This document shows, piece by piece, positions 31,815 to 41,707 of a stretch of DNA of 49,846 bases. The notes under the pieces were generated by a model. It saw only the letters and a list, made by a program, of their open reading frames with translations. It was not told the DNA's origin and did no database searches. Source of the stretch: a virus. The position numbers and the translations under genes are program-made. Position 1 is the stretch's first letter, and each line of letters opens with the position of its first letter. The DNA lies in the IMG/VR virus record IMGVR_UViG_3300045988_134547, positions 1 through 49,846 of that record; one strand, given 5' to 3'.

Positions 31815-32239
31815 CCCCACGGATGGTAATTGTTTCCCGGATAAACTCTGCCGCCAATTCGATATTTGGCCGTCAGGGTCCAGTACATGGCGCCGCATTG
31901 GGTTTGAGCCCACCAATCTCCGACAAAAGTATTCGTTTTCAGAAGGTCAAAGCTGGTACTCACACTTCCCTGCGTAGCACTAGCAATCCTGCCAACCTGA
32001 CCGTTCGGCTGCTGGCTGAGTGTCAGCAGGTGGCAGGTTGCAAGATCAAGAAGGCGCTCCCTTGTATAGATCTTGTTGTCCGGATCATAGGGAGCAAAGC
32101 TGTCGGCGTCTGTATTCCCCACGAACTCCACCGCCACATCAAAGTAGAACTGGAGAGTTTCATCCGGGAATTTAACTTCATCCGAAAACGCAGGATGAAG
32201 GATTCGAAATTTTTCAGGATCAAAGACGACGACAGCCAT
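31811..32239 (-). CDS. Head-tail connector protein (DUF4054-like)
   Basis: MAVVVFDPEKFRILHPAFSDE... resembles the N-terminus of the connector family found downstream of capsid genes. Confidence 0.55.
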   Translation of the reverse strand: MAVVVFDPEKFRILHPAFSDEVKFPDETLQFYFDVAVEFVGNTDADSFAPYDPDNKIYTRERLLDLATCHLLTLSQQPNGQVGRIASATQGSVSTSFDLLKTNTFVGDWWAQTQCGAMYWTLTAKYRIGGRVYPGNNYHPWG

Positions 32240-32243
32240 TTTG

Positions 32244-32723
32244 TTAACCTTCTTCGTTCTTAACTTCTTCAACGTTGACCGATTCAGGATCGATCGGATT
32301 GAGGCCGTGGGACGCTTCTTTTAATTCGTCCTCGCGGCCTCTGAATTCTTGAACGGATTTCATCTCAAGCAGGCATGGAATACCGCCATTCACGCCTGTA
32401 AACACAGCCTCCTGACCATGCATGCGCTTGATATTTTCCCAGTCCTCTTTGTCGATCTGGAACGCAACCGAGTTCCCCTTGCCAAGCAGGATCCCGTCAC
32501 GTTTTCCTCTAAGCGAATCATTAACGCCCGGGAAAACAATCGTCTTTGTTCCGCCATTGCCATTCGGCACATCATCAAATTTGAGGCCGTGTGCCAGGGT
32601 GCAAGCAATGATCACAGTGGACTGAGTTTTAGCAGCGCTCTTCTTCTGGGTATTGCTGAAATTGTCTGCGACAACCTTTCCTGCGGATGTTGCTTTCTGA
32701 GTTGTGGTGTTGGTACGAGCCAT
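32244..32723 (-). CDS. Structural-module protein, unknown
   Basis: ATG at 32723 after AGGAG. It follows the post-capsid hairpin. Confidence 0.55.
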   Translation of the reverse strand: MARTNTTTQKATSAGKVVADNFSNTQKKSAAKTQSTVIIACTLAHGLKFDDVPNGNGGTKTIVFPGVNDSLRGKRDGILLGKGNSVAFQIDKEDWENIKRMHGQEAVFTGVNGGIPCLLEMKSVQEFRGREDELKEASHGLNPIDPESVNVEEVKNEEG

Positions 32724-32738
32724 TATTTTCAATCTCCT

Positions 32739-32766
32739 AAGAAAGAGGCCCGATCTCTCGGGCCTC
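32739..32766 (-). terminator. Hairpin GAGGCCCGA-gaga-TCGGGCCTC followed by TTTCTT (minus strand)
   Basis: Perfect 9-bp stem with a GNRA loop, directly after the major capsid gene. Confidence 0.6.
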
Positions 32767-32785
32767 CGTAGTTGGTTATTTCAGA

Positions 32786-33859
32786 TTAGACGCCAAGCAT
32801 TGTTGCGACGAGACTGGGACGACGAATAACAGCGCCCCAAGTTCCGCCAACGACCTTTTGCTTGTAGCTGGACATTTCCGGAACCACACGACCCAAGAAA
32901 TATTTCTCAGAGAATGCGCAGATACCGGTTTCAATGCCAAACAGGTCAGGAACAGTCATGTACAGCATTTCACCTGCAGTTGTGGTCAACTCAGGAAGCT
33001 GAACAACCTCGATGTTGGGGAATGACTGCTTGAGCATTGTCATGGCCGTAAGACCGAAGGAGTTCGGCTCAGTCAGGTAAGGAGCTCTGGTGTTGCTGAC
33101 AGCGAGAATGATGCGGGAGTTCTGATCAACCAGACCGCCGTTGTTCTTGCTAATTTCCGCCCACAGCTTGTTAATGTCCGTATAGACAATGTTTGCGGTT
33201 TTTTCAGGCTGTGCAGCGCACTTTGCCGCCCACGTAGAGTTAGCGGTAGAACCAGTGGTGATGGAAATCGGAGAAATCGAAGCGTTCAGGTTCGGGTCAT
33301 TTAACAGACCGTAGACCTTCTTACCTTCGACACCATACAGCGAGAACTTGTTGTGAGCCATCGCCATAACGTAGGCAGAGGCCTGTTGTTTAGAAGAAAC
33401 AACATTCAACTTGGCCTTGGCCGCAAGACCCACCTCACGATCACCGTATTTGATGACGGTCTGGAACAAGAAGTTTTCGCGGGTCGGGTACTCCACGTTA
33501 ACGTCTGTGGAGACATTCTCTGCGAAGTCAGAGTAAGGAGTCACATTGCCGGCATACTCTTCGACCGGGAAGGTGAAGAAGTTGTCGGTCCAATCGCCTT
33601 TTCTCTGTTCTCCGAAAATCTTTGTAGCGTTCTGGGCGGCAAACAGGATGGGGACGACCTGCGGGTCAATGAATGTCGTGAAGACGGACGGGACGCCGAC
33701 AGACACAGGAGTCTGTAATGCGGCATCTCGAGCCATCGCCTTAACTGTCGCATCGTAGTCAACGTTGATCTTGCCCTTTGCATCTGTGGAATAGGACATG
33801 AATCCTTTTGCGTCCACACCATGCACGCCCTTTTGTTTTGCTAATTCAAAATCGTTCAT
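32786..33859 (-). CDS. Major capsid protein (HK97-fold; DUF2184-like)
   Basis: 357 aa, positioned after the protease/scaffold and decoration genes and followed by a strong hairpin. Confidence 0.8.
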   Translation of the reverse strand: MNDFELAKQKGVHGVDAKGFMSYSTDAKGKINVDYDATVKAMARDAALQTPVSVGVPSVFTTFIDPQVVPILFAAQNATKIFGEQRKGDWTDNFFTFPVEEYAGNVTPYSDFAENVSTDVNVEYPTRENFLFQTVIKYGDREVGLAAKAKLNVVSSKQQASAYVMAMAHNKFSLYGVEGKKVYGLLNDPNLNASISPISITTGSTANSTWAAKCAAQPEKTANIVYTDINKLWAEISKNNGGLVDQNSRIILAVSNTRAPYLTEPNSFGLTAMTMLKQSFPNIEVVQLPELTTTAGEMLYMTVPDLFGIETGICAFSEKYFLGRVVPEMSSYKQKVVGGTWGAVIRRPSLVATMLGV

Positions 33860-33872
33860 TTTTTACCTCAGA

Positions 33873-34388
33873 TTAGGATCCGCTCGCGGCAGGCTTATAA
33901 CCGAGGCCGTGATTGGAAATGATGATCGTGTCGCCCTTTGCGCCAGCTGTCTGAACTGTCCAACCGGTGTCATTTGTGGCCCCCGCAGCGCCAAATGAGA
34001 TGGCGCCGGTAGTCGGATCGCAGAGAACGGCTTGGCCGAGAGTTGCGGCCGCAGGCGCGACGATGTAGTAATCACCTCTCACTGCAATCGTCAGCTCAGA
34101 TCCTTTCGGATAAATGTCCGGAGTATCTGTGCCTAGTTCGATGGACGCTGTGAACGTGCGCTCAACAAAACCAATCGGCTTGTCCCCTGCAGAGCCCTTC
34201 AAAGAAGCGATAGGGAATTTCACTGCTGTTCCGGTTGTGGAGGCGGCCACAGCAAACGCAAAACTACCGCACTGGACAGTACCGTCAGACAAATAGTTCT
34301 GAGGCGTGTAGACGGCCTGATTGAATGCAACCTGCTGTCCCGGAATGCCGATAGCAGGATAGAGACCTACAGATTTTTGAAGCATCAA
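33873..34388 (-). CDS. Head decoration / cement-like protein (DUF2190-like)
   Basis: 171 aa, Gly/Ala/Thr-rich and beta-type, between the scaffold and capsid genes. Confidence 0.55.
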   Translation of the reverse strand: MMLQKSVGLYPAIGIPGQQVAFNQAVYTPQNYLSDGTVQCGSFAFAVAASTTGTAVKFPIASLKGSAGDKPIGFVERTFTASIELGTDTPDIYPKGSELTIAVRGDYYIVAPAAATLGQAVLCDPTTGAISFGAAGATNDTGWTVQTAGAKGDTIIISNHGLGYKPAASGS

Positions 34389-34400
34389 AAAATCTCCTAT

Positions 34401-35858
34401 TTATTTAACATTGTTCAAAATTGCGCTGACGGCAGTCGGCTTCTCGGTCACCCGCGCGCCGGAGTCTTTCGCACCAGCTAATGCCTTTCGACCCTGCATG
34501 TATGCGCGATACGCAGAACGAGCTTCGGATGCGGGGATGTTTTTCAAACCGAGTTTCTTGAGTGCTGCCACATAGATGGAACCAGCGGAGTCATAAGAAC
34601 CCGCACGGATAACACCTAACACCGGTTTGACTTCTTCGATTGCGGCCAGTTCAGAGTAGATGGCGTTTCTGAGAATCTTCATGGAGTCAGAAGCAGAGCT
34701 CTTCTCTTTCTTGCCTTCTTCAGGTTTCGGATCCTCATCTTGTGCGCCTTCATCTTTCTTCTGGGCGTAATTCAATCCGGCGGCGAAAGCCTTCTTCTCT
34801 TCTTCAGAAGCTTCATCAAGACCACAGGATTTCAGTGCATCTTCCGCTTCTTTTTCGAGATAGCGTTCTTCGCCTTCACGTTCATGATCAGAATCGAGGC
34901 GTTTAGGATCGTCCTTTTCACGCTTTTCACCGTAGAGGACGCCAGCTTCAAAACCAGCCTTGAAGTTCGGATCCTTCATCTTTTCATCGAGCTCCGGATC
35001 GTCGTCCTGCGCCTCTTTTTGATCATCGGGCTTAGGATCTTCGTCTCCTGTAGCCTGAGAGTAAGCCAGGTCAGACAGGGTGTTCTTCAGCTTTTCAGCT
35101 TCTTCGTCCGTCAGGCCTTTTGCCTTCAGTCCTTCGATGATTTTTTGAATCATCGCGTCTTTGTCATCATCTTGAGCGCCGTCAACGATTTTTCCGTTGG
35201 GATCAACGGAATGCAAATCGATAATCGCCTTTGCTAACGTCACTTCAGCCTGCTCAACAGCGTCATCTTTTTCCATATTGAGAAAGTCCTTATTAGAATC
35301 GCGAACTCTTACCTCAGGCCCAGCGCGCCCAGTTTCAACAAGCGCAAGATGGTTCGCTCTGATCTTGCGTTGCACATAGTCGTATTTCTCTCCATCAGGT
35401 GTCTCACCCGGCGTGAAGTCAGGCTCGAACGTGTACGCAAGACTCAGCTCACGCATTGAACCGTCCTCGATCCTGCTGCGTGCGTCCTGGTCGTAAATAT
35501 GGAGAGAGTTAACTAAAAACGGAGCCTCAAAAGCTCCGTCCGTTCCGGTAGTTCCCACCCGAGTTTGTTTGTTCTCGGGGGTTCCGTGATCATCGTGATG
35601 CTCCAGATGAATCGGGATACCGTTTATCGATTGAATAGTTTCGGGAGAACTGAGTTCTTCAGGTGGCCTATAGGCGTGATAGATCTTTTCAGGATCAAGT
35701 CCGAGCTCTCGCCAGCCTGCGATCTCTTTCCCGTAATACGGAGCAACTTGAACTCTTGTTAGGGGAGATTTTTCGACATGGAGAAATCCATTGTCATCTA
35801 CGGTCCTGACACTAGTAGAGTCAAGTGCAACACTTCTGCTTTCTTTACTTGTTTCCAC
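34401..35858 (-). CDS. Prohead protease / scaffold fusion (DUF2213-like)
   Basis: The N-terminal domain (FLHVEKSPLTRVQVAPYYGKEI...INGIPIHLEHH) is followed by a long acidic low-complexity scaffold-like region. Confidence 0.7.
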   Translation of the reverse strand: METSKESRSVALDSTSVRTVDDNGFLHVEKSPLTRVQVAPYYGKEIAGWRELGLDPEKIYHAYRPPEELSSPETIQSINGIPIHLEHHDDHGTPENKQTRVGTTGTDGAFEAPFLVNSLHIYDQDARSRIEDGSMRELSLAYTFEPDFTPGETPDGEKYDYVQRKIRANHLALVETGRAGPEVRVRDSNKDFLNMEKDDAVEQAEVTLAKAIIDLHSVDPNGKIVDGAQDDDKDAMIQKIIEGLKAKGLTDEEAEKLKNTLSDLAYSQATGDEDPKPDDQKEAQDDDPELDEKMKDPNFKAGFEAGVLYGEKREKDDPKRLDSDHEREGEERYLEKEAEDALKSCGLDEASEEEKKAFAAGLNYAQKKDEGAQDEDPKPEEGKKEKSSASDSMKILRNAIYSELAAIEEVKPVLGVIRAGSYDSAGSIYVAALKKLGLKNIPASEARSAYRAYMQGRKALAGAKDSGARVTEKPTAVSAILNNVK

Positions 35859-36004
35859 TTCTTCTGCTCCTAGCCCATAAATTCAAAATCTCCTAAACCG
35901 TTTCTTCTTCACGGGCTAAAATATCGGCAAGTCGAAATAAGCCTCTTCCGTACTCCTGGATTTTGATTTCAGACCGGTACGGATTGAGGCTTTTTCACTT
36001 TTGG

Positions 36005-36901
36005 TTAATCAGGTAAAACGGCCCTGAATTGGCACCTGCAAAAATAAAGTTCTCCTGGCATCACATTTCTGCCGACTTCTTTGTCGTACATGCCCTTAGA
36101 CAAATCAAACTCTTTTCCATTCATTTCGATGTGGCTCTCTCGGCTGGTGTACTTCCCGGGAACGTGAATCCAAATCCCACGAGTGACACCGAGCCCTTTG
36201 CAGTTTGCCTGCTGAATCTGCTGATTCAGTTTGAGAGTTTGGTCAATTGCCACACGCTGAGCTCGTTGAGCCGTAAACGAAGAAGAACGACCAAGGGCTT
36301 CCACAATCTGCGAATACGTGCCATGACCTTCGTAAGCATCCATAAAGGCAGAGCGAATATTTGTCAGCTCGGATGTTGTGATGTTGCTGATGAGGCTCGT
36401 CGTGTCGGCGACCATTCCCGGTAGTTCATTTATTGCCTGAGGCGTGATGAAGAAGTGCTTGCGCGTCTGCCTCATCTCGTAAGCAAAGACGGAATCAGGA
36501 ATGCCCGCTGCCCTGAGTGCTGCCTTTTGAGCTGTCGAGACATCGGCGGCAAGGTTTTTCACGTACCACTCAGCAATCTGACGTGTTTCTCGATCTGCCG
36601 CTCTCATCCAGTTGCCCATGTTGCGAGCAATGAAGTCATCAACATTGCGACGGAATCGATCCGGATCACGAAGAACCAAGCGGTTGATTTTTTCCTTGAT
36701 GTTCCGAAGTCTTGCTCGATCAAGGGGATCGTCCGGACGGAACGTTAATGAAGCGTCCTCAGTCAATCCTCCAGCATCAGACAGATAAAGAAGAATCTCG
36801 TTGAGAATCCTATTTCTGAAGGACTTCAAGAAGGTGTCGAGCTTCTTTTTGAACTTTGCTTGTCGGCCAAGGTTCGGCTGAACAGCACGAGCAGTCTTCA
36901 T
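36005..36901 (-). CDS. Minor head protein, Mu F / SPP1 gp7 family
   Basis: The C-terminus WIHVPGKYTSRESHIEMNGKEFDL...PGELYFCRCQ is the MuF signature. Confidence 0.8.
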   Translation of the reverse strand: MKTARAVQPNLGRQAKFKKKLDTFLKSFRNRILNEILLYLSDAGGLTEDASLTFRPDDPLDRARLRNIKEKINRLVLRDPDRFRRNVDDFIARNMGNWMRAADRETRQIAEWYVKNLAADVSTAQKAALRAAGIPDSVFAYEMRQTRKHFFITPQAINELPGMVADTTSLISNITTSELTNIRSAFMDAYEGHGTYSQIVEALGRSSSFTAQRAQRVAIDQTLKLNQQIQQANCKGLGVTRGIWIHVPGKYTSRESHIEMNGKEFDLSKGMYDKEVGRNVMPGELYFCRCQFRAVLPD

Positions 36902-38487
36902 TAGAAAATCTCTCCAGCTTTGTCTTCATCAACCTTCGGCGCCGGCGCCACGTTCTCTGCCGAGCGCTGTTTCATGAAGTTGTTCATCAGCTCATTCTGC
37001 TGACTGGGATCATCAGTCATGAGTTCGCCTTCCATCCCTTCCGGCAATTCTTCCGGAATGAAGTCCAGACCCATGTCGGAATCGCGACGGACAAACTCAC
37101 GAACCTCTTCAGCACTCAGAACATTGCGATCCTGCAGCACAGCCAACATGTCGACTTTCGTCTTGGCCGTGATTGCTGTAGCGGCGGCGTCAGCTTCTCC
37201 AAGCTCATTGAACTTGAAGGAGATGGACGGATCAACATGGCCAAACTCGACCAACTGGATAGCTTTCAAGACAGTTTGAATTGCGTCTCGATTGAGCTCC
37301 TGTTTGGACTTGATGTGGTCGTAGTAATTCCGGATATCGCTCTGACCGGTAGCATTGAAACCACTAGGAGAAATTCCCAACAGTTTGACAGCAGGCGTGC
37401 GGTTGATAGCCGCAATGAATTCCAAAGCCTGACGGATAATGCCTTCGACACCTGAAATCGTCAGAGTGATGTTCTGGAGATCCTCTGTAGAGTCACAAGC
37501 AAAAATAGCCTCATTAGAGCGGTAACGCTGAAGGAGCATCATCTTCGCGTCTAACTGCTCGATGCCGCCAGTTTGCAAAGCTTCGGCGAAATTCGTCTTA
37601 AATACCGTGAGGTTCAGCTTCTCAAGGATGCTGACACCAGTCTCTCTTGCCTTATTCCAGTGCAGCACATAATCCCAAAGGATTTGCGCCTGCGGAATGC
37701 CTAAGAAGTTGTAAGCAGGACGAAGAAGCAAGGGAGGCTCGTTGTCCACGAGCCTGATCATGCGTGAAGCATGAACCTCTTGGCCGTAAACAAACCAGGA
37801 TTTAGGCTTCAGATAATCGTCTTTGAGCGGCTGGTTGGCGTTATAGAAACCAGGCGAGACATTGACCGGATCAATGACAATAAATTTGACAGACTTATCC
37901 TCGCCAACCAGTTCTGCTGATTTGTCAGAATAGTTGAGAGGTAGCTTTAACGCTTCTCCTTCTACTCCCGTATCAACAAATATAAAGGCTCCGCCCATGA
38001 ACCCGACAATGCTCAGGGCTTCATTAAAAAGCCTTCTCAGTCGATATTTGTTCTCCTGAAGATCTTGGAGCGTCTTCACGTTATCCGCCGATTCGTCTTC
38101 ACCGCCCTCTACCTGAATCCATTCCCGGCACATGTCATCCGCGACAGTCTGAATGCAGGTGCGGATCATGCCGTTTTGGGCGATATTCTGCAGGACACCA
38201 TAGCCAACGAAAGAAGTCATCGGGAACTGTCCTAGATCCAAAGCGTGCTGTGTCAAAGAGGCATAGTACGCATTGAAACTCGAACCAATCGCGGCATCGT
38301 TCGTGAAGCGAGACTCCTCTTTCTCTGGCTCTTTGGTGTTGAGCGTAATCGGAGGATAAAAGAGCGTTTTAGCCTCGTCCTGAGACAACGATGTTCTAGG
38401 AGGCACGAAGCGAGATCCTGCCGCATCGAGGATCTTTTGATTGATCGTTCGGCGTTTGTTTTCGTCTAGTTGATTCATGATTTTCAA
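36901..38487 (-). CDS. Portal protein
   Basis: 528 aa, directly after terL and overlapping its stop. Confidence 0.85.
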   Translation of the reverse strand: MKIMNQLDENKRRTINQKILDAAGSRFVPPRTSLSQDEAKTLFYPPITLNTKEPEKEESRFTNDAAIGSSFNAYYASLTQHALDLGQFPMTSFVGYGVLQNIAQNGMIRTCIQTVADDMCREWIQVEGGEDESADNVKTLQDLQENKYRLRRLFNEALSIVGFMGGAFIFVDTGVEGEALKLPLNYSDKSAELVGEDKSVKFIVIDPVNVSPGFYNANQPLKDDYLKPKSWFVYGQEVHASRMIRLVDNEPPLLLRPAYNFLGIPQAQILWDYVLHWNKARETGVSILEKLNLTVFKTNFAEALQTGGIEQLDAKMMLLQRYRSNEAIFACDSTEDLQNITLTISGVEGIIRQALEFIAAINRTPAVKLLGISPSGFNATGQSDIRNYYDHIKSKQELNRDAIQTVLKAIQLVEFGHVDPSISFKFNELGEADAAATAITAKTKVDMLAVLQDRNVLSAEEVREFVRRDSDMGLDFIPEELPEGMEGELMTDDPSQQNELMNNFMKQRSAENVAPAPKVDEDKAGEIF

Positions 38488-39932
38488 AATCTAAAACGTG
38501 CCTGCTGCATCTGCTCTCGGGTCAAAATGACGCCTGAGCCATTGCGGAAATAGTTCAATGCCTGAGTTGTGCTATCTACCTGGTCATCGTGAGAACCCGC
38601 AGGAAACTCAAGCAACTCACTGACGTAATGCGGCACCCAAGGTGCTGCACAGTCTTCCGGAATAAAAACATTCCCGGCTTCAAAGTAAGGAGTGACGGAC
38701 GAAGCTCGGGCCTCTTTCGATTCGGTAGGCGTTATCGGAACAAATCCCGAAACTGTAGATTTCAACTCAGAGATCACCGCCGATCCGTTAGCCTTGTCTT
38801 CAACCAGCTTCCGGACAACCCGCGGCCACTTCTGTGCAAGAACTCTGACCATCTCTTTTGTCTTCACAAAATCCCATTGGCCTCGTACTTGATCAAGCAA
38901 GTAAAAATTCGGTCCTTTTTTGCCCCAAACCTGACCGACTACATAGTCGGACTTTTTGGAATCTTTGAACGTCATATCCCACGACATGAGCGTATGGTCA
39001 AACTCAGGAGGCAGGCTCGATGCAGTCCATCTTCTAAACCATTCGAGCTTGAATAGGGCCCCACCGTCCGGAACTGGATGCTGCTGATACAGCGCCTCCC
39101 AATCTCGACTGCCTATCGTCTTCTGGATCTGTAGCAGAGTTGAGAGCGGATAACGCTCAGGATGCAGAGCTTCCCCAGCCTTGCGGTGTAATTCGTCATG
39201 TTCGGCGATCGCCGGGTAATTTACGATCCGGAACGTATCGCCCTCTCCCATTCGTTGGATCAGTCGACCAATCAGGTCATCGGTATGCCAACGAGTAGCC
39301 ATTACGATGACTCCGCCACCAGGTGACAATCGAGTGTATGCGGTCGATGTGTACCAGTCCCAGATGGACTCTCGGATCGTCTTAGAACTTGCTTGAGCTC
39401 TATCCTTAATCGGGTCATCGATAATCAGAATATCGGCGCCCTGACCAGTGATGCCACCACCCACACCACAAGAGCGATAGGCGCCGGCATGACCAACGAT
39501 CTCGAATAGGTCAGAGGTTCTTATATACGATCCCCGGGAATCGGTACGCACTCTCGAATTGCTGAGCCGGGTATTCGGGAACAGGTCAAAGTATTTCTCA
39601 TCATCTATTACGCGTTGAACATCCCTGTTGAAACGCTGTGATAGGTCTGAAGAATACGATGTTGCGATGATTTGAAGTTCAGGATTTCTCCCAAGAGCAA
39701 AAGCCGGAAAGCGCCTAGAGACAAGCTCACTTTTCCCGGATCTTGGAGGCATCGTGATAATTAGCCGAGGAGACTTTTTGTCCGCCACGTCCTGCAGAAA
39801 CCTGTCCAGTTCATCACAAATTTCTTTGTGTACCCAGCCGAGCAGGTAGTCAGGTTTTGTGTGCAATGTGAAGTAAGACAAGCCCTTCCGGGCCTTAGCT
39901 AGTCTGATCTCCTGTATCGTTGGAAGCCGCAT
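38484..39932 (-). CDS. terL: Terminase large subunit
   Basis: Walker-A-like MPPRSGKSE, followed by ILIIDDP and nuclease-domain acidic motifs. Confidence 0.9.
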   Translation of the reverse strand: MRLPTIQEIRLAKARKGLSYFTLHTKPDYLLGWVHKEICDELDRFLQDVADKKSPRLIITMPPRSGKSELVSRRFPAFALGRNPELQIIATSYSSDLSQRFNRDVQRVIDDEKYFDLFPNTRLSNSRVRTDSRGSYIRTSDLFEIVGHAGAYRSCGVGGGITGQGADILIIDDPIKDRAQASSKTIRESIWDWYTSTAYTRLSPGGGVIVMATRWHTDDLIGRLIQRMGEGDTFRIVNYPAIAEHDELHRKAGEALHPERYPLSTLLQIQKTIGSRDWEALYQQHPVPDGGALFKLEWFRRWTASSLPPEFDHTLMSWDMTFKDSKKSDYVVGQVWGKKGPNFYLLDQVRGQWDFVKTKEMVRVLAQKWPRVVRKLVEDKANGSAVISELKSTVSGFVPITPTESKEARASSVTPYFEAGNVFIPEDCAAPWVPHYVSELLEFPAGSHDDQVDSTTQALNYFRNGSGVILTREQMQQARFRF

Positions 39933-40344
39933 TCACAATACCCTCCAGCGCGTCTAACTGTTCCAAGGTGAGCTTGCTTAGATCCAGCTGGTTAACTTTA
40001 TCGACCTTGACCGGTTCACCGTCTTTTCCAGTGATCTCCTTCCTGTCAGTCTCCTTCCACCCACAGCGACTCTTCATGTAAAAAATGGTCGCTGCCGGAT
40101 TCCCCTCTCGAATGAGAGCCATCAACTTTCCGCCAACAAAGGCGTTTGCCTTAGCCTTTCCCTTTTTTATAGCGGTCGCAAAATTCGCAAAATCTTTTTT
40201 TCGATTCTGTAGGGTTCGATAACTGATCCCGAGCGCGAGAGCGATCTCCTCCTCGTTGTCACAAACCTGAGCCAGTTGTTCAACCTTCTCTAGGTCAATC
40301 TGAATGCGTGGACGAGTCCGCTTCTTTTGAACTTTTTCTTCCAT
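39895..40344 (-). CDS. terS: Terminase small subunit (HTH)
   Basis: EEIALALGISYRTLQNRKK is an HTH, followed by ...FYMKSRCGWKE. It lies upstream of terL and overlaps it. Confidence 0.7.
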   Translation of the reverse strand: MEEKVQKKRTRPRIQIDLEKVEQLAQVCDNEEEIALALGISYRTLQNRKKDFANFATAIKKGKAKANAFVGGKLMALIREGNPAATIFYMKSRCGWKETDRKEITGKDGEPVKVDKVNQLDLSKLTLEQLDALEGIVNAASNDTGDQTS

Positions 40345-40363
40345 GCCTTCAACCTGCCTTTGG

Positions 40364-40936
40364 TTAACCGGTCATATCGATGATCTTCTGAATTAGATCC
40401 TCGGGTCCGAAACTCTTAACGAAATCCTGAACCTGCTCTTTGTATTCGATCGGAATTGAGAGCGTCAGATTAAAGCTGTCTGCCTCGGGTTCATCTTTTT
40501 CCGGTTCTTCCTCAGCGGGTTCGGTAGTTCCACACAACAAAGCATTCAGCTCCTCGTCTGAGAAACCGGTGACTGGCGACAAATCTGTATCCTGCAATTC
40601 CTGCAGCTCAATTCTCAAGAGATCAATATCCCAACCAGAATTAAGAGCAATTCGATTGTCTGCGAGGATAAAGGCTCTCTTCTGAGCCTCAGATAATCCG
40701 GTTAATTCAATTGTCGGTATTACCTTCAGTCCGAGCTTCTTAGCCGCCTTCAGGCGTCCATGTCCGGCAATCACTCCACCCTGTTCATCAACCAGGATAG
40801 GATTGTTGAACCCAAATTCCTTGATCGAACTGGCGATTTGATTCACCTGTTCCTCAGAATGCGTCCGGGCATTATTTGCGTACGGAATCAAGTCATTGAC
40901 CGGCCTGTAGAGAATTTTGAGTTCAGATTCTTTCAT
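40364..40936 (-). CDS. ParB-like nuclease-domain protein
   Basis: LIPYANNARTHSEEQVNQIASSIKEFGFNNPILVDEQGGVIAGHGRLKAAKKLG is the ParB N-terminal domain pattern. Confidence 0.85.
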   Translation of the reverse strand: MKESELKILYRPVNDLIPYANNARTHSEEQVNQIASSIKEFGFNNPILVDEQGGVIAGHGRLKAAKKLGLKVIPTIELTGLSEAQKRAFILADNRIALNSGWDIDLLRIELQELQDTDLSPVTGFSDEELNALLCGTTEPAEEEPEKDEPEADSFNLTLSIPIEYKEQVQDFVKSFGPEDLIQKIIDMTG

Positions 40937-40940
40937 AGCT

Positions 40941-40977
40941 TTAAAAAGGTGCGCCCAGCATTTTCAGCCGAGCGCAC
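40941..40977 (-). terminator. GC-stem hairpin GTGCGC..GCGCAC followed by CTTTTT, directly before the ParB-like start
   Basis: 6-bp stem with a 17-nt loop, so weaker than the other terminators. Confidence 0.35.
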
Positions 40978-41181
40978 TCCAACCAACCCCAAGGAGATAG
41001 TTTGTTAAGGCGGTTTTCTCCGCCATTCTCGTCAGGAGAATTAGAAATCCAGCGGAGTGAGCATCTTCCCGTTGGGAATCTAGGCTTGCTGGATGTTGTA
41101 AATGGCTCGGTGCTTAAGCCCACCGAGAGGCTGGCGGTTTGTCGATAAACGTTGTGGACAACAATGAAACCGCAAGAGAAA

Positions 41182-41667
41182 TCAAAGAGCCAAGCAACCC
41201 AAGATAATTGACAGAATCAACATGAAATTGATTGTCCGGAGTGCATAGCCTCGTCTGTTATGGATGGCATTAAGTGCATCGATTGAGCGCTGATACTGTT
41301 TGAGCAAATCCTTCTGGACGGATAGAACTGGCACATCATCTTGGTAATGAGTGTTCAGCCATCTCAGGTAATCCTTGCAGATTCCGGAAGGATAAGCAGC
41401 GCCGCTCGAAAAGATTATCGACATCAGCAACGACGCGAACCCTAAAGCGGCGGAAACGATGGCCAACCACATTCTCCAGCCTTGAAAGTAATCGTTGTTG
41501 AACAAGTAAAACAGGACGCCAAGGACCGCAACACAGAAACCTTGATAAAAGGCTAATCGTTTTGTTTGCTCTGGGAGCTCGGCGATAATTTTTCGATCCA
41601 GTTCTCCCTTAGCTGTTTCTAAGAGGATTGATGCAGTCTGGACGTCGTACTTTTCTGAATCGTTCAT
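41182..41667 (-). CDS. Multi-pass membrane protein of unknown function (moron)
   Basis: ATG at 41667. TM helices at FYQGFCVAVLGVLFYLF, WLAIVSAALGFASLLMSIIF and the C-terminal INFMLILSIILGCLAL. The gene is bracketed by terminator-like hairpins. Confidence 0.55.
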   Translation of the reverse strand: MNDSEKYDVQTASILLETAKGELDRKIIAELPEQTKRLAFYQGFCVAVLGVLFYLFNNDYFQGWRMWLAIVSAALGFASLLMSIIFSSGAAYPSGICKDYLRWLNTHYQDDVPVLSVQKDLLKQYQRSIDALNAIHNRRGYALRTINFMLILSIILGCLAL

Positions 41668-41707
41668 TTGAACTTCCGTCGTTGGCCTCTTGGAGGCAAC
41701 AGATAAC

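Noticed and set aside
34740-35237. 165-aa plus-strand ORF antisense to the scaffold region
   Set aside because: It is the mirror of the acidic low-complexity (GAA/GAT-rich) scaffold segment and gives a Phe/Leu/Ile-rich artefact.
36856-37455. 199-aa plus-strand ORF antisense to the portal and MuF genes
   Set aside because: It has no SD, spans a gene junction on the opposite strand, and has antisense-like composition.
38589-39056. 155-aa plus-strand ORF antisense to terL
   Set aside because: It is Arg-rich, as expected for an antisense frame, and terL on the minus strand is unambiguous.
40941-41123. 60-aa minus-strand ORF in the region upstream of ParB
   Set aside because: It has no SD and an odd composition, and it overlaps three hairpins. 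The interval is treated as non-coding.
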